From positions 178,002,001 through 178,066,000 of the forward strand of contig OZ024743.1 of NCBI GenBank assembly GCA_964016885.1: a DNA stretch of 64,000 nt. Reading direction: 5' to 3'. Positions 12,499 to 26,460 of the stretch are shown here, one piece after another; position 1 is the stretch's first letter; each line of letters opens with the position of its first letter. A program made the translations under genes and the position numbers. A model generated the notes under the pieces. It worked only from the letters and a program-made list of their open reading frames with translations, was not told where the DNA came from and did no database searches. Origin of the DNA: Eledone cirrhosa (Eukaryota).

Positions 12499-13749
12499 CA
12501 ATACATAAGCTGTTTTATAAATAATTTTTGACATACCTTATAATAATGCAACTTCCATTTAAAAAGTTGATTTGGCAGTGAAACTGTTATGACAGTTATA
12601 TAGAAAGAAAAACGAAGATGAGAAGAAGAAGATGAAGAGATGTATGTAAATAAAAAAAAGAAGAAGATGAAGAGATGTATGTAAAGAAAAACAACAGAGC
12701 GAGATAGAGAGACAAGGAGATATGGGAGAGAGAAATACATTGAGGAAGTGAAAAAATATAGTAGGCAGCTTTTGGACAGATGATCATCGTATATGTGAGA
12801 GGTTAAGGAGGGAAGGGATACAGTTAAACTAGCCGACACATAAATCACGTCCAGTGTATAGGAGAAAAAGAAAGAAAGATGATATATTTAAAATATATTA
12901 AAAATATATTATGTCTCATCCATTTGAATTATCAATTTTATGAATTAGGTATTATAATGTAAATATCAGTATTCATGAATGAGACACATATCCATAATGT
13001 GTGAAAAAAATGACCACATGCTTAGTTTAAAAATTCTTAGGTCTATAAGCAAAATCTGAGATAAAACTTCAAACATAAGTATATATGCATTCTCATGAAA
13101 AAAGAAAAAGAGAAAAGAGAAGGTTATCTCAAATTCAAGTTGATAAATATAGACACACATGTGAACCTACGTGATATGCTCCACAGATTCTTATATTTCA
13201 TGAAAAACTTCATTGCGTTACAAAAGATTCCACCCTACATATATTTACATACATATATACATATATATAGACATAAAATATATAAGATATACATTAACAT
13301 TCAAAATAACATTCCAGCCTCACTTGCATGATTATCGATCAAGCATAGAGTAGACAACAGATATCAATATTAAAAATTAAAAACGCCAAGAATATCTTCG
13401 TCACTCCACAGAGTATCTAGGGACGCAAGAGAACATAGTATGCCACGCATATCGGTCACATAAAATCAGAATCAAAAGCAAACAAAACCAAAATTGTTCA
13501 CCAAGCCTTATTTAGCAGAAATCATTCAAAACTTATTCTACAAATGCTCTTATATTTATTATAGAAGTATATCCAGCTTAAAAATGTATTCAAAAGATTG
13601 GGAACAACGCCAATTTTAGGGTAGTTTATTTAATCTCATTAATTATATATTCATGCAGAAAGGTTTTAAAAAAATTGAAGGAATCGAAAGATCTATCGCC
13701 AAGTTTCATAAATAGTTAAATATCTTAAGTAAATATACTACATTTTATA

Positions 13750-14455
13750 CTACATTTTAAATTTATATTTATATTTAAAAGTTGAGTTCAATCTATGTCT
13801 GCAGCAGCTGAATAAATTGGTTCGTAAATTAAGGGAATTTTTAGATTTTAGTATAAAGAATATCTCCTCCGCGCAGAGGTCACATGTCTCAGAAGAGGAA
13901 TTAAAAGGAATCCCTTTTGAGACTATATTCCAAACCATCTAATATCCAACTTTATCATGTTTAAGTTGCCAGAGTAACCCTGACAGCGATGTTGAAGATT
14001 TTTTATTTGGATCCGTGAAAGAATTTTTGTGATTATTATAGCGAAGTTTAAATTCTGTCGAGGTGGAACCAACATAATTAAAAGAATTTAAATCAGTTTT
14101 AACGTTACAGTTGTATATTATATTTTTAACGGACATTTAGATCTATCTCTACAGTTACAGTTTTTTACTTGAATATTGTTTAGGCTATTTTCGGTATTTT
14201 GGCTAGGTTTTAGATTCCTATTATTTATTCTATTAATATTTTGTGCTAAATTTTTGGTGGACGAGTACGTTAATTTTATAGTATGTCTATTGAAAATTGA
14301 GTGATACTTATGTGTTCTAGGGAAGCGTTTGTCAAGAGCATTAAAAAATAGTTTAGCGATGTGGGTTTTAATGTTTAGTGAGAAAGGGGGGGCAAACCAT
14401 ATTATATTTCTTGTTCTATTTCTTTTCTGGTTTTTGAAATTATTGTAGTGCTTTC
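13750..14455 (-). pseudogene. PLE linker and GIY-YIG endonuclease fragment (probably Hydra-clade type)
   Basis: IIWFAPPFS..HFP-like..IFNR..TYS; CNC....CPL; IIYNC..YVGSTSTEFKLRYNNH; CDLCAEE..CRH. Confidence 0.8.
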
Positions 14456-14459
14456 AATA

Positions 14460-14948
14460 GGAAAATACCCGGTGTTACCGGAGGTTTATATAGAGATGAC
14501 ATGCTTTTACTTATTGAAAATAATAACTCTGAACTCAATAAGAAAAGAAAACAAATTATACAATTTTTTAATTACCTTAATCTAAAAATAGAAATTGAGA
14601 ATAACCATAGAATAGTCAATTTCCTAGACGTAACATTTAATCTCAACACATGTCTTCACTATCCATTTCACAAGTTAAATGAAAACTTGAATTATGTCAA
14701 TTTTAGCTCCAATCACCCCAAATCTGTCAAAAATACTATAGTGAACTCTGTTCAAAAACGTATCTCTAGAATCTCTTCCAATAAAAATATTTTTGACGAA
14801 AAAGCCCAGTATTATAATGAAGCTTTAGCTAGAGCAGGATATAGTGATAAAATTATGTACATCGATAATAGACAAACTAACCAAAATAACAACAATTTTA
14901 ATTACAGTAACAACTTTAACAACTATAATAGAAAGCACTACAATAATT
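14460..14948 (+). pseudogene. PLE reverse transcriptase C-terminal fragment
   Basis: GGLYRDDMLL catalytic motif just upstream of ORF 14501; VNFLDVTFNL..YVNFSSNHP..RISRISS. Confidence 0.85.
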
Positions 14949-16353
14949 TAATTTCTCTTCTGAGACATGTGACCTCTGCGCGGAGGAGATATTCTTTATA
15001 CTAAAATCTAAAAATTCCCTTAATTTACGAACCAATTTATTCAGCTGCTGCAGACATAGATTGAACTCAACTTTTAAATATAAATATAAATTTAAAATGT
15101 AGTATAAAATGTAGTATATTTACTTAAGATATTTAACTATTTATGAAACTTGGCGATAAATCTTTCGATTCCTTCAATTTTTTTAAAACCTTTCTGCATG
15201 AATATATAATTAATGAGATTAAATAAACTACCCTAAAATTGGCGTTATTCCCAATCTTTTGAATAAATTTTTAAGCTGGATATACTTCTATAATAAATAT
15301 AAGAGCATTTGTAGAATAAGTTTTGAATGATTTCTGCTAAATAAGGCTTGGTGAACAATTTTGGTTTTGTTTGCTTTTGATTCTGATTTTATGTGACCGA
15401 TATGCGTGGCATACTATGTTCTCTTGCGTCCCTAGATACTCTGTGGAGTGACGAAGATATTCTTGGCGTTTTTAATTTTTAATATTGATATCTGTTGTCT
15501 ACTCTATGCTTGATCGATAATCATGCAAGTGAGGCTGGAATGTTATTTTGAATGTTAATGTATATCTTATATATTTTATGTCTATATATATGTATATATG
15601 TATGTAAATATATGTAAGGTGGAATCTTTGTAACGCAATGAAGTTTTTCATGAAATATAAGAATCTGTGGAGCATATCACGTAGGTTCACATGTGTGTCT
15701 ATATTTATCAACTTGAATTTGAGATAACCTTCTCTTTTCTCTTTTTCTTTTTTCATGAGAATGCATATATACTTATGTTTGAAGTTTTATCTCAGATTTT
15801 GCTTATAGACCTAAGAATTTTTAAACTAAGCATGTGGTCATTTTTTTCACACATTATGGATATGTGTCTCATTCATGAATACTGATATTTACATTATAAT
15901 ACCTAATTCATAAAATTGATAATTCAAATGGATGAGACATAATATATTTTTAATATATTTTAAATATATCATCTTTCTTTCTTTTTCTCCTATACACTGG
16001 ACGTGATTTATGTGTCGGCTAGTTTAACTGTATCCCTTCCCTCCTTAACCTCTCACATATACGATGATCATCTGTCCAAAAGCTGCCTACTATATTTTTT
16101 CACTTCCTCAATGTATTTCTCTCTCCTATATCTCCTTGTCTCTCTATCTCGCTCTGTTGTTTTTCTTTACATACATCTCTTCATCTTCTTCTTTTTTTTT
16201 ATTTACATACATCTCTTCATCTTCTTCTTCTCATCTTCGTTTTTCTTTCTATATAACTGTCATAACAGTTTCACTACCAAATCAACTTTTTAAATGGAAT
16301 TTGCATTATTATAAGGTATGTCAAAAATTATTTATAAAACAGCTTATGTATTG

Positions 16354-16419
16354 TATTTTGTCTGAGGAAGGCATACCATATTTTTAATATGATATCCCAG
16401 AAATATATATAACGAGATA
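16354..16419 (+). ncRNA. Hammerhead in the PLE 3' region
   Basis: tattttgt-CTGAGGA-AGGC ATACCATA..TATGATAT CCCA-GAAA-TATATA-TA-acgagata; 8-bp stem I with GU pairs; AUA site. Confidence 0.65.
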
Positions 16420-16550
16420 AATATGGTTTTATAAATATAGTTTCCATTTGTTTAATATCGTAAACCTACTCCAGAAACTGTTGAGTGCTTTTATATCAGT
16501 TATAAAATATTTACTCATTGTAACCCAACAATCTTAAATAAAACTTTTGC

Positions 16551-16581
<31 letters not shown>

Positions 16582-16582
16582 A

Positions 16583-17163
<581 letters not shown>

Positions 17164-17552
17164 TATATATATATATATATATATACAAGTTAATATAAAT
17201 TAATATATGATAAACACATAAATTTTTGTATTGCAAAAGACGAAGTTAGCTAGAATGAAATAAAATAAATATAGTTTGTCTGTCTCGATATAAATCAATA
17301 AAAACAAACCCATATTGGCAAAAGGTGTGATTCCTGGACAAATTTAAATTTCAAAATCCAAACCTACTCCGTAGATGAATTTGACTTCAAAACCTAAATA
17401 TGTTTCGCAACGATGGTACATGGGTTTGTTTTTATTGATTTATATCGAGACAGACAAACTATATTTATTTTAATTAGTTTATTTCATTCTAGCTAACTTC
17501 GTCTTTTGCAATACAAACACTTATGTGTTTATCATATATTAATTTATATTAG

Positions 17553-17735
17553 ATTGGCAGTATCGGTAGAGGGTTGGACGCCATGCTTTGACACATAGAG
17601 TTACGGCCCTTGCCATTCTGAGTTCAAATCCAGCCGAGGTTAACTTTGCCTTTCATCCTTACGGGGTCGATAAAATAAAGTACCAGTAATGTACTGGGTA
17701 ATTGCTGACCTTGTGCCAATAGTAGAAACAATTAA
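17553..17735 (+). mobile_element. SINE family A
   Basis: ttggcagtatcggtaga..gagttcaaatcc..gcctttcatccttacggggtcgataaaataaagtaccag. Confidence 0.85.
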
Positions 17736-18108
17736 TTCATATTAACTTGTATTTCACGGCTCAGAAATGCTTATTTCTTTGAGCTAATTAATTGTAAATG
17801 ACTTTTGAGTTTAAAACTCTAAATATAATATAATATTACGGCTCCTTGCTTGTTGAGCTAATTTTTAATCCCATATAAACGGCTGTTATTTCTAGCACTG
17901 TGAGTATGAGATAGCTAGTGAGCTGTTTACCACGTGCGTTTGTACTTGTGAACCAGTCGTACAAAATTTTTTGGAGGTGAAATGTCCTAATTTTTCTGGA
18001 TTCCTGTTGATAAGCACAGAAGATTTGAATATTTCACGGCTCAGAAATGGTTCTTTCTTTGAGCTAATTAATTGTAAATGACTCTTTGAGTTTAAAACTC
18101 TAAATATA

Positions 18109-18218
<110 letters not shown>

Positions 18219-18672
18219 CTACTGATTTTGATATCAGTAGATTACTGGGCCAAATCAAGTTATCTTAGAATCTTTAAAAAATACTCGTACGAATTAAATA
18301 CAAAAAAGTTTCAGTCCCAAACAAAGGCAACCTATTTCAAATTATATATTTTTGAAATAAAAAAAAAATATTTGATCTCAGTCGAAAAAGCTTTTTTTTT
18401 TTTATAATCCTATATTTCACTGTTAGCTATTGTAATATTTTGAGTGGATAGACAATTCTACAATTCAAACTGTAAAGTCAAAATACAAAAGATGCAAAAT
18501 ATGAAGAATTTCTTACCTTTCTCTGAAATCACAAACTCAGGGAGAAAATGGTACCTTGCAAAATAATATACCTCGTATCAAAATAAAATACTAATAGCAA
18601 CGAATGAATTAAGAAGCTTGGTGACGGTGAGAAAGAAATATCTGTATTCCTTATATATATATACATAGATAG

Positions 18673-18744
<72 letters not shown>

Positions 18745-19234
18745 GCGCGCACACACACACATACACACACACAAAATTGTGTGTGTGTGCCTTGCATTTG
18801 GTACAGAAAGAATTTGACTCCAGTTTTTATTGCCAGGTCAAAGGCCACTGCTATTTTCAACAACACCAAATAACATTGCCATATATATATATGTGTGTGT
18901 GTGTGTGTGTAGATTTATATTTATATATGTATGTAGATATACATATATATATACATATATACATACATACATTTACGTATGTATATAGTTCTGCATTTAT
19001 ACATTTGTATATATATATACATGCATTTATATTTATATTTTCGTATTTTTTTTGGTAAGGAGAAAATTCTGTCTCCAGATTGTATTACCTAGGGTGATTA
19101 AATACCACAGCTCTGGCTGAAAGATGACCAGGTTCTCAACCTCATCAAACACTAACGCAGGCCTGTGTGTGTATATATGTGTGTCTATGTATGTATGTAT
19201 GTATGTATGTATGTATGTATGTATGTATGTATGT

Positions 19235-19845
19235 CAGGTCATCAGTTGATGCTACTGGTAACATGCATCCCAGTACAACCTGTCTCATGGTCGGGTCGTT
19301 GGCGACTAAACTGGCAACCCCACCAAGGTTTCTTGGTGAGGAGGGTGACTTTGGACATCTTGCAGGACTAAAAACAAAACCTGTCAAAGGGCAAAGGAGC
19401 TCTTAAGAGTCAATGGCCATCCAAAATCACCGGGAGAGATGACCCCTTAGCCTTTGTCAAGGCAGAATTCTAAGAGAAGGAAAACTCTGATATAACACCT
19501 GCAACCCTGATGATATCCAATGATGTTGACTTGTTCTTCTTTTTGGTACATATAATCTTGGTTAAGAGAGTGGGACTGGCTTTGTGCAGTGCCTTTGCTC
19601 ACTATAAAAACTTCACGGCACAGGCATTGCTTTATATCTGGAGATCTCTCTGTACTTGTCGTCACATGGTACCATGGGCCCAGCACTATGAGTCAATAAT
19701 TGTCACAAGTGTAGTGTTTGTACCAGAGTTTTCAAATCGCTGGCTGGACTAAAAAGTCACACTCGTTCAGCGCATCTGTAGGGGTTCTCCTACATGGATA
19801 TAAAGTAGTGGCCGTACTCGAAAACGAGTTGGCAGCCACCATGTA
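19235..19845. repeat. Unclassified interspersed repeat, possibly a LINE end; diverged copy at about 35400-35670
   Basis: actctgatataa..tatccaatgatgt.gac..gttcttctttt..tactcgaaa.cgagttg.cagcca.catg is shared; both are flanked by (TATG)n. Confidence 0.5.
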
Positions 19846-21259
19846 CGTATGCATGTTTGTGTATGTTCGTATGTACACCTTTCATCACCATTGCTTCTTT
19901 TTGTTGCTATTTATGTTGAAGTTGTTCTTGTAACTGTGTCAAAGTTGACATCCTTATGTTCATTTTCTTTGATTTCTTTCGTTTTTTTATCTCCCTAGGG
20001 AATTCGTTGACAAGCTTCTTTTATTTATTTTCTTCGTTTTCTTCATTGAAATTCATTCACACTGGCTGCCTAAGAGACGTACAAATATGACTTATAAAAC
20101 TTACCAAACTAAAAAACTAAAGGGGCTTCCAGCTTCAAACACCCCCCTAACGCCCCCCCCCCCCTGGAACCCCGAAACGCCCGGGAGGGGGGGCATATGC
20201 TCCCCGTTGAGAACCTTTGATCTACATACGTATAGCGATCGTTCAATTCATCAGTAATTGACATATTAATGAAAAAATGAAGCATTTACTTCATATATCA
20301 ACAAAAATTACCTCTCTTCGAAAAATATAGTACAAAATATGTTTAGAATGCTCCGCTGGCGATATATAGTTAATTCTAGTGCTTTCTTAAATATTACGAG
20401 TTTTATAATAGATACGTCCGAATGAAACTATGCTGTACATATATATAAATATATGTCTGTATATAAATGTGTATGTATGTATAGTAAAGCCTCTGCGTGT
20501 GTTTATATCCAGCTTATCAGCTTTTTCATATTGATTTTAAAATCCCAATCCTAACAAATCTCCTTCTTCCCAAAACATTAACAATTTCATACTATAATAA
20601 ACGTGAAACTAATATATTTTACTTCATCGCCTGTTGTGTTTTGTTTTCGTTTACTTTTCAAATATGTGTGTGTATGAGTGTGTGTGTGGGGGGGGGGGGG
20701 TATGTGTGTGTGTGTGTGTTTGTATAATATATTGGATATATTGATATGCCTGTGCGTGCGTTTGTGTTGTGTATGCATGTGTGTGTCTACCAAACGAGAG
20801 AGGGAGAAAAAGAAAAGATAATTCTGGTAATAAAGCCAGATCAGTTTAATTTGCCAAACAAAATGGGGATGTATGCTTGGATGCAGTTGTATGGTAATTA
20901 AACAGACGGAGTTTTATATGCTTTTTGTGATAAGGAGTCTCTTTGGCGCATGAAATTGTGAAAGTTGAAGTTGGAAGATATACTATCATCTGCTGGTAAC
21001 AATATTTCAATTATGAAGCTTTCCTTTGACAACAATATTTCTTCATCTTCCTGTGTATTAGCAAATACTCGAGTATAGTTTGCTTGATCATTCCCTGAGA
21101 TTTTTGATTTTTTTTTTGTTTTGTTTTGTTTTGTTTTGTTTTGTTTTGTTTTGTTTTGTTTTGTTTTGTTTTTGTTGGTTTGTTTGGCGAGAGGAGTGAT
21201 GATGTCAATCCTATCTCTTTTCTGCTGGTATTTCATAATGACTTTCCTCATTAGGGTCC

Positions 21260-21445
21260 AAGGCCATGGTAAAGTCGATTAAATCGACTCCAGTGCATTT
21301 CTGGTGCTTTATTTTATCAACCCCGTAAGGATGAAAGTCAAAATCAACCTAGACAGGATTTGAACTCAGAACGTAACGGGCTGTAACAGTCTGCCACAAA
21401 GCATGTTGTCCGATGCTCTACCGAATCTGCCAATCCACCTCCCTT
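21260..21445 (-). mobile_element. SINE family A
   Basis: gtcgattaaatcgactccagt..ttttatcaaccccgtaaggatgaaag..gatttgaactc. Confidence 0.8.
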
Positions 21446-21629
21446 GTTGGAATTTTATTATACTGGCAATGTTTCCTGTGATTGTAAGTCATTTCCTCAC
21501 CTCTGTCATGACTATTGACATATTAAATACAAAGGTTGCATGGCACAATGTAGCGATTATACAGTTTGCATGAATATATACAGGTAATGAGAGTAAAGTA
21601 GTTCAGTAGGATGTTTCCCTAATTTATGA

Positions 21630-21900
21630 GAAGGTGCGTGGCCTAGTGGTGAGTGTATTGGACTTATGGTCATAAAGTCGTGAGTTCGATTCCTGGAGTG
21701 TGTTGTGTTCTTGAGCAAAACACTTCCTTTTCACGTTGCTCCAATATACTCAGCTGAAAATGAGTAGCAGTAGTAGCTTGGGGGCTTAAACCTGCGATGG
21801 ATACACGTTCTCTCGAAAGGGAGCGGCGTATTGTACTCTCAGCCGCTTAACGTCACGGGAAACAGGGATAAGAACTGCTCTGGTAAAACCTGCAGCTGTC
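21630..21900 (+). mobile_element. tRNA-derived SINE, family B
   Basis: A-box gtggcctagtggt, B-box gagttcgattcc, core tgttgtgttcttgagcaaaacactt. Confidence 0.7.
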
Positions 21901-22009
21901 AAACAAACTTTAGATCTTTTTTTTTTTTAGTTTATGGGAAACATATTTGGAGAGTAAAGTGTAAAATCGAACAATTACAAATAAATACGTATTTATTTGT
22001 ATTTGCTCA

Positions 22010-22073
22010 ATTCTGAGGAGTTATACTTGCAGGAATGGAATATTCTTGTTAGGCTAACGAAACGATCGTAAAT
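22010..22073 (+). ncRNA. Hammerhead ribozyme 40 nt upstream of a (TA)n tract
   Basis: att-CTGAGGA-GTTA..GCAGGAAT ggaat ATTCTTGT..TAAC-GAAA-CGATCG-TA-aat; palindromic stem III; GUA site; short stem I. Confidence 0.7.
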
Positions 22074-22109
22074 CCCTTATATGCTACAACATTTTGTTTA
22101 ATCTCCATC

Positions 22110-22196
<87 letters not shown>

Positions 22197-22730
22197 CCCG
22201 ATTTACTAAGCTGTTATTTATAGCAATCGATTGTAGTTATAACTATTTTCTGCGTTTAGATTTTTACTTTTCGTAAATATATATAATGTATGTATGTATG
22301 TATGTATGTATGTATGTATGTATGTATGTATGTATGTATGTATGTATGTATGTATGTATGTGTGTGTGTGAGTGTGTGTATTTGTATTATACATCCGGCA
22401 AGGCGTTATGATCATTTTCTTACCTCGCTTATACGAGATTTTATAAGCGACTGTAGATTAGGTCACAATTTTGATCCATCATACATTCTGGAGATCTTAG
22501 GTAATGATAAAAAGCACCCAGTTCATATTGTAAACTGGCGGTGTCTCGACAAAAATACCCAGTATACACTGTAAATGTGATTGGTGTTACGAAGGGCATC
22601 CAGTCGTAGAAACCAAGCCGGAGACAGTTCTGTCTGAACAAGACACGGTCATCTGACCAGGCGTGTCTTACTACGGGACAACTCGTCTAACCTATGCTAG
22701 CGTGGAAAAATAGACGTTAAACGGTGGTGG

Positions 22731-22764
<34 letters not shown>

Positions 22765-24754
22765 ATGTTTCATAAGTAATGTCTTGTAGCGTTTTAGTTG
22801 TTTCAATAAATCGTTGGTCCTTATGAAAGATTTATTATCCTTTTATATGAAAGTAAAAACCAACAGTCGTATGTCAACACTAACAATAATGCCCACTTAT
22901 TTACAATAGGAACACAGCGACAGACAACATAAAACACTAAGGAGGCAGCTAGACATTAAGTACGCAATCAAAATTGAGCAATATTCAGTCTATTAAGATA
23001 AAATGACATACAGCGAGGAATTTTAAAATCTTCTGGTGTGTTTTGTTTGATTGACAGCCAGCAGACCAATTCAAACACAGAATCAGAAAGGGAATTGCAT
23101 TCAGCATTTCCACTCTCTTTAGTATAAGAGAAATAAAAGAATGCAAGATGAAAGTCGACGTAAATATTATTTTACGGGAGAGATTGTGATCACCGACGGA
23201 ATTAAAATCCTACTTTTAAAATATTTCACAGGGATATAAATGATTTCTCGAAATATACTCAATAAGTTATACAGCTGGTTGGAGAAAATATATATTGTAT
23301 TATACTTCAAAGTTATCTAACTTACAAAGAAAAATTGAAGAACTTGATGATTAAAGGAAATACTCATCTTTGAAACGGCGTAAGATGAAACAGTTCGCCT
23401 TTAATAAAAGTACATTCCGAATAGACAAATACTAGATTTATCGATAACAAAAAACATATAACAGAAGACAATAAAATAATGCGATAAAAATAAAGTAGCT
23501 CGGTTAATATTTAGAGGTTGATTAATAAAATAACATACACGTATATAAACAAAGAATTGTCCATGGTGGCTAAAATGTCAGTATAATAATTGCTTAAAAA
23601 TATAGGCGCAACATTTGAGTTTTCATGGAATGAACACGCGTGCTCAGAAAGGAGTGAACAAAGAATACACTCGCATTTGAGTAAACGGCGATCTATAAAA
23701 TCGTAATTTTGGCACTTAGATAGATTTTCTTTTTACGATCGCCAAGCTCCGACTTCATTCGCTTACCGAGTGGGGTAGAACTCACACTAAATCGAACCAA
23801 GGAGACAATGTTTCCATTGGTCTTTCCATTGCTGGTACTATCTACAAGCTGCAGCTCTTGACAGAATGAGCAACGGGAAATAAAGTGTCTTGCTTAGGGG
23901 CATAACGCATAGCCCGGTTCGGAAATTAAACTCGCAATCGTGAGGTTGCGGATTCAATTCCCTAACCAATAAGCCACGCGATAAATCCTCATAAATCAAG
24001 CGAAATTAGAACACCAGCCAAATGTAGGGATCTTACAAATATTTAGTCAAAGAATAAATAGAATAGAAAAATGTTGTTTTCAGATTGTTTCCATTGGTAT
24101 TTTCATTGCTAATACTGTGGCAATTCCTAATAGAATGAGACAGGATTTGGACTCAGAAGGCAGAAATAAGTCACCAAGTTCAACAGTTAATACATTCTTT
24201 ATTTGATATACACGTGTTTCATTTCCTATGGATATTATTTACAATACCCTTATAAAGAAATCGTTGATCAGTTATCTCGGTATATATATATATCATATTA
24301 ATAGGTTTTTAATAACCGATCGATGTATGCCCGTATCCGGAGATACTCACTAAATTCGACGGATTTTCAACCACCATAATTTGATTTATATACTTTCTTA
24401 ACATCTTTTCTTTCACTTTCTTTTTCTACACATAAAACAGAACACCTTCTATACACCTCTACTCCATACTTTAATAAATATTACTATCTCCATATTACAT
24501 ACCACCACATATCACCATATATCTGCTATGGCCCACAACACTAAAGATGAACATTTCAAATTGACAACTTGGAGTTATGTTCCTTTGTTATGATACATTT
24601 TTCGTAAATTAGCGTTTTCCTACGCTATAGTTTTAACGGTATCTTAAAAACTCCTTTAAGCGCCTGAGTATTAAGTCACAATTTTGATCCTTCTTACAAT
24701 CTGGAGATATGGTCAATATTGGGCCTTGAAACCTTAGGTAGAGCTTTTGGCCCT

Positions 24755-24789
<35 letters not shown>

Positions 24790-24983
24790 TGGAAAACAGA
24801 ACAAAACATATATATATATGTGTGTGTGCGGGTGTGGGTGTGTGCGTGCAGAGAGAAAGAGAGAGAGAAATCAATATTCGTACTCAATAGATGCTATGGT
24901 ATGGAATAGTGGTACATTAACTAATATTACAACCTGCCCATTAGTCTTCTATCTGGCCTCTGCTAGATATTCGCTCCTATACG

Positions 24984-25950
24984 GCAGTGGTCGCCAACCT
25001 TTCTAAAACCGAGGAACCCTCTAAATATTTTGAATTCTTCACGGAACCTATACAATACAAAACTTTTCAAAAGAAATAATAAAGTATTTATTTATTTTAG
25101 TGAACTTACGTTGTGAGAACAGCGAACCGACCCAGTCTCTCGGCTGAGAGACCTCGCTGAACTGAAGTTTTCAGTTTAAAGTTATGCTGTCACCGACCAA
25201 CATTTACTTGTTTGTGATTGGTCAATGTCTAAGTTCAATTAGTGTATTATCAGTAGTAGTCAAATTCTCGGAATTCAGAAAACTATGTCTTTCCAAGATT
25301 AATAATAATGAAATTATTGTGTAAAGTGCTCAGGTGCACTACAACTCGTCAAAGGTGTATGTATAGTACATAAAATAATACACAAATGTCAGGGAAGTGA
25401 ATAGTGTATGAGTCATGGTTTACATGTGTGTATGTGTATGGAGGGGGAACATTAGGTGTAGTGTTGGCGGATCTCGGAAAGCATGGAGGCCTTAAAGGAT
25501 GCAGTGTCTCGACAGCTAACAACCGATGCAGGCAGTTTGTTCCATGCTTCAGCAACTCTGAGCGTGAAAAAATGTTTCCGAAAGCATGGGAACTGTGGTG
25601 TTTTCTGACTTTGTGGGCATGCCCACGTGCGTTAGACACATGGAAATCAAAAAATTGATGTGAATTGGTGTGAAATTGAAAGTATTCAATTTCCACGAAT
25701 CTCAGAACAGTGTTTTTCTGCTAATTCAAGTGAGAAACTGAAAGTAGTGTTTTCCACGAATTGGAGTGGAGAACCTGTGTACACTACAATAGTACTCGTT
25801 CATTTATACATTGCACCTTTGTCATTTTCTTTGCACCTTTTTCAGAAAACCCAAAATATTAATGGTAATGCAAATATTTATTTTTTTAAGGAACCCGGAG
25901 TTTGTTTTACGGAACCCCAAGGTTCCGCGGAACCATGTTGGTATACAGTA
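24984..25950. mobile_element. hAT (Charlie-like) non-autonomous element interrupted by a LINE 3' end
   Basis: Starts cagtggtcgccaacct; repeated (c)ggaaccc subterminal motifs at both ends; right TIR degenerate. Confidence 0.55.
25300..25660 (-). mobile_element. CR1/L2-type LINE 3' end with (ATT)n tail
   Basis: ..NARGHAHKVRK..FS.RV...WN.L on minus; homologous to 34130-34670. Confidence 0.75.
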
Positions 25951-26164
25951 TACGGTTATCATATGCAGCGTAACAATCCAGAAAACTGTTCGACTACACC
26001 TATTCTCCTCCAGCACATTATAAGCACAGAAATCCATCATTTCTACCATAAGCATCTTAACCAATATACTGATGTTCTTACACATTAATCTATAAATGCC
26101 ATTACTAATAAAGCTATAATCATTGCCAAGTAGAGAGGGACGCGCAACAAATAGAATAACAGAG

Positions 26165-26220
<56 letters not shown>

Positions 26221-26225
<5 letters not shown>

Positions 26226-26423
26226 AAAAAGTATGACCACGACGGCAGAGCTCAAGCCGTTTCGACGGCTATTTCTGGACTATTTGAGTCCAGAAATAGC
26301 CGTCGAAACGGCTTGAGCTCTGCCGTTGGGGGTCATACTTTTTCCTATTTCCCACTCTACTACCCTAATATTGAGTACTCTGGTGCGTTATGGTCCATCT
26401 AGTTCCTTACCCCAATTCCTTTG

Positions 26424-26425
<2 letters not shown>
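26221..26425 (+). mobile_element. Short fold-back family with a half-hammerhead (other copies at 9780-9928, 39035-39135, 42030-42075, 51940-52128, 53345-53550)
   Basis: Palindrome 26221-26348 containing GAAA-CGGC ttgagctct GCCG-T(C/T)-gggg; conserved tail ending at (TA)n. Confidence 0.8.

Positions 26426-26460
<35 letters not shown>

Larger units (their letters stand above)
12391..16555. mobile_element. Penelope-like element insertion forming a 4-kb fold-back (arms 12391-13905 and 14947-16461) flanked by (TA)n
   Basis: Arms of about 1.5 kb are near-identical (mirrored ORFs in the track); the spacer holds PLE RT and GIY-YIG coding pieces; the right arm has an extra tail of about 95 bp. Confidence 0.9.

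Noticed and set aside
12391-16461. Palindromes as amplification or assembly chimeras
   Set aside because: Arms differ by scattered substitutions and indels, and endpoints recur at homologous positions across families, which argues for biology. The perfect palindrome at 45422 and the identical array still need read support.
19125-20222. hAT MITE bounded by ggttctcaac / gttgagaacc
   Set aside because: Only a 10-bp match, no identifiable target duplication.
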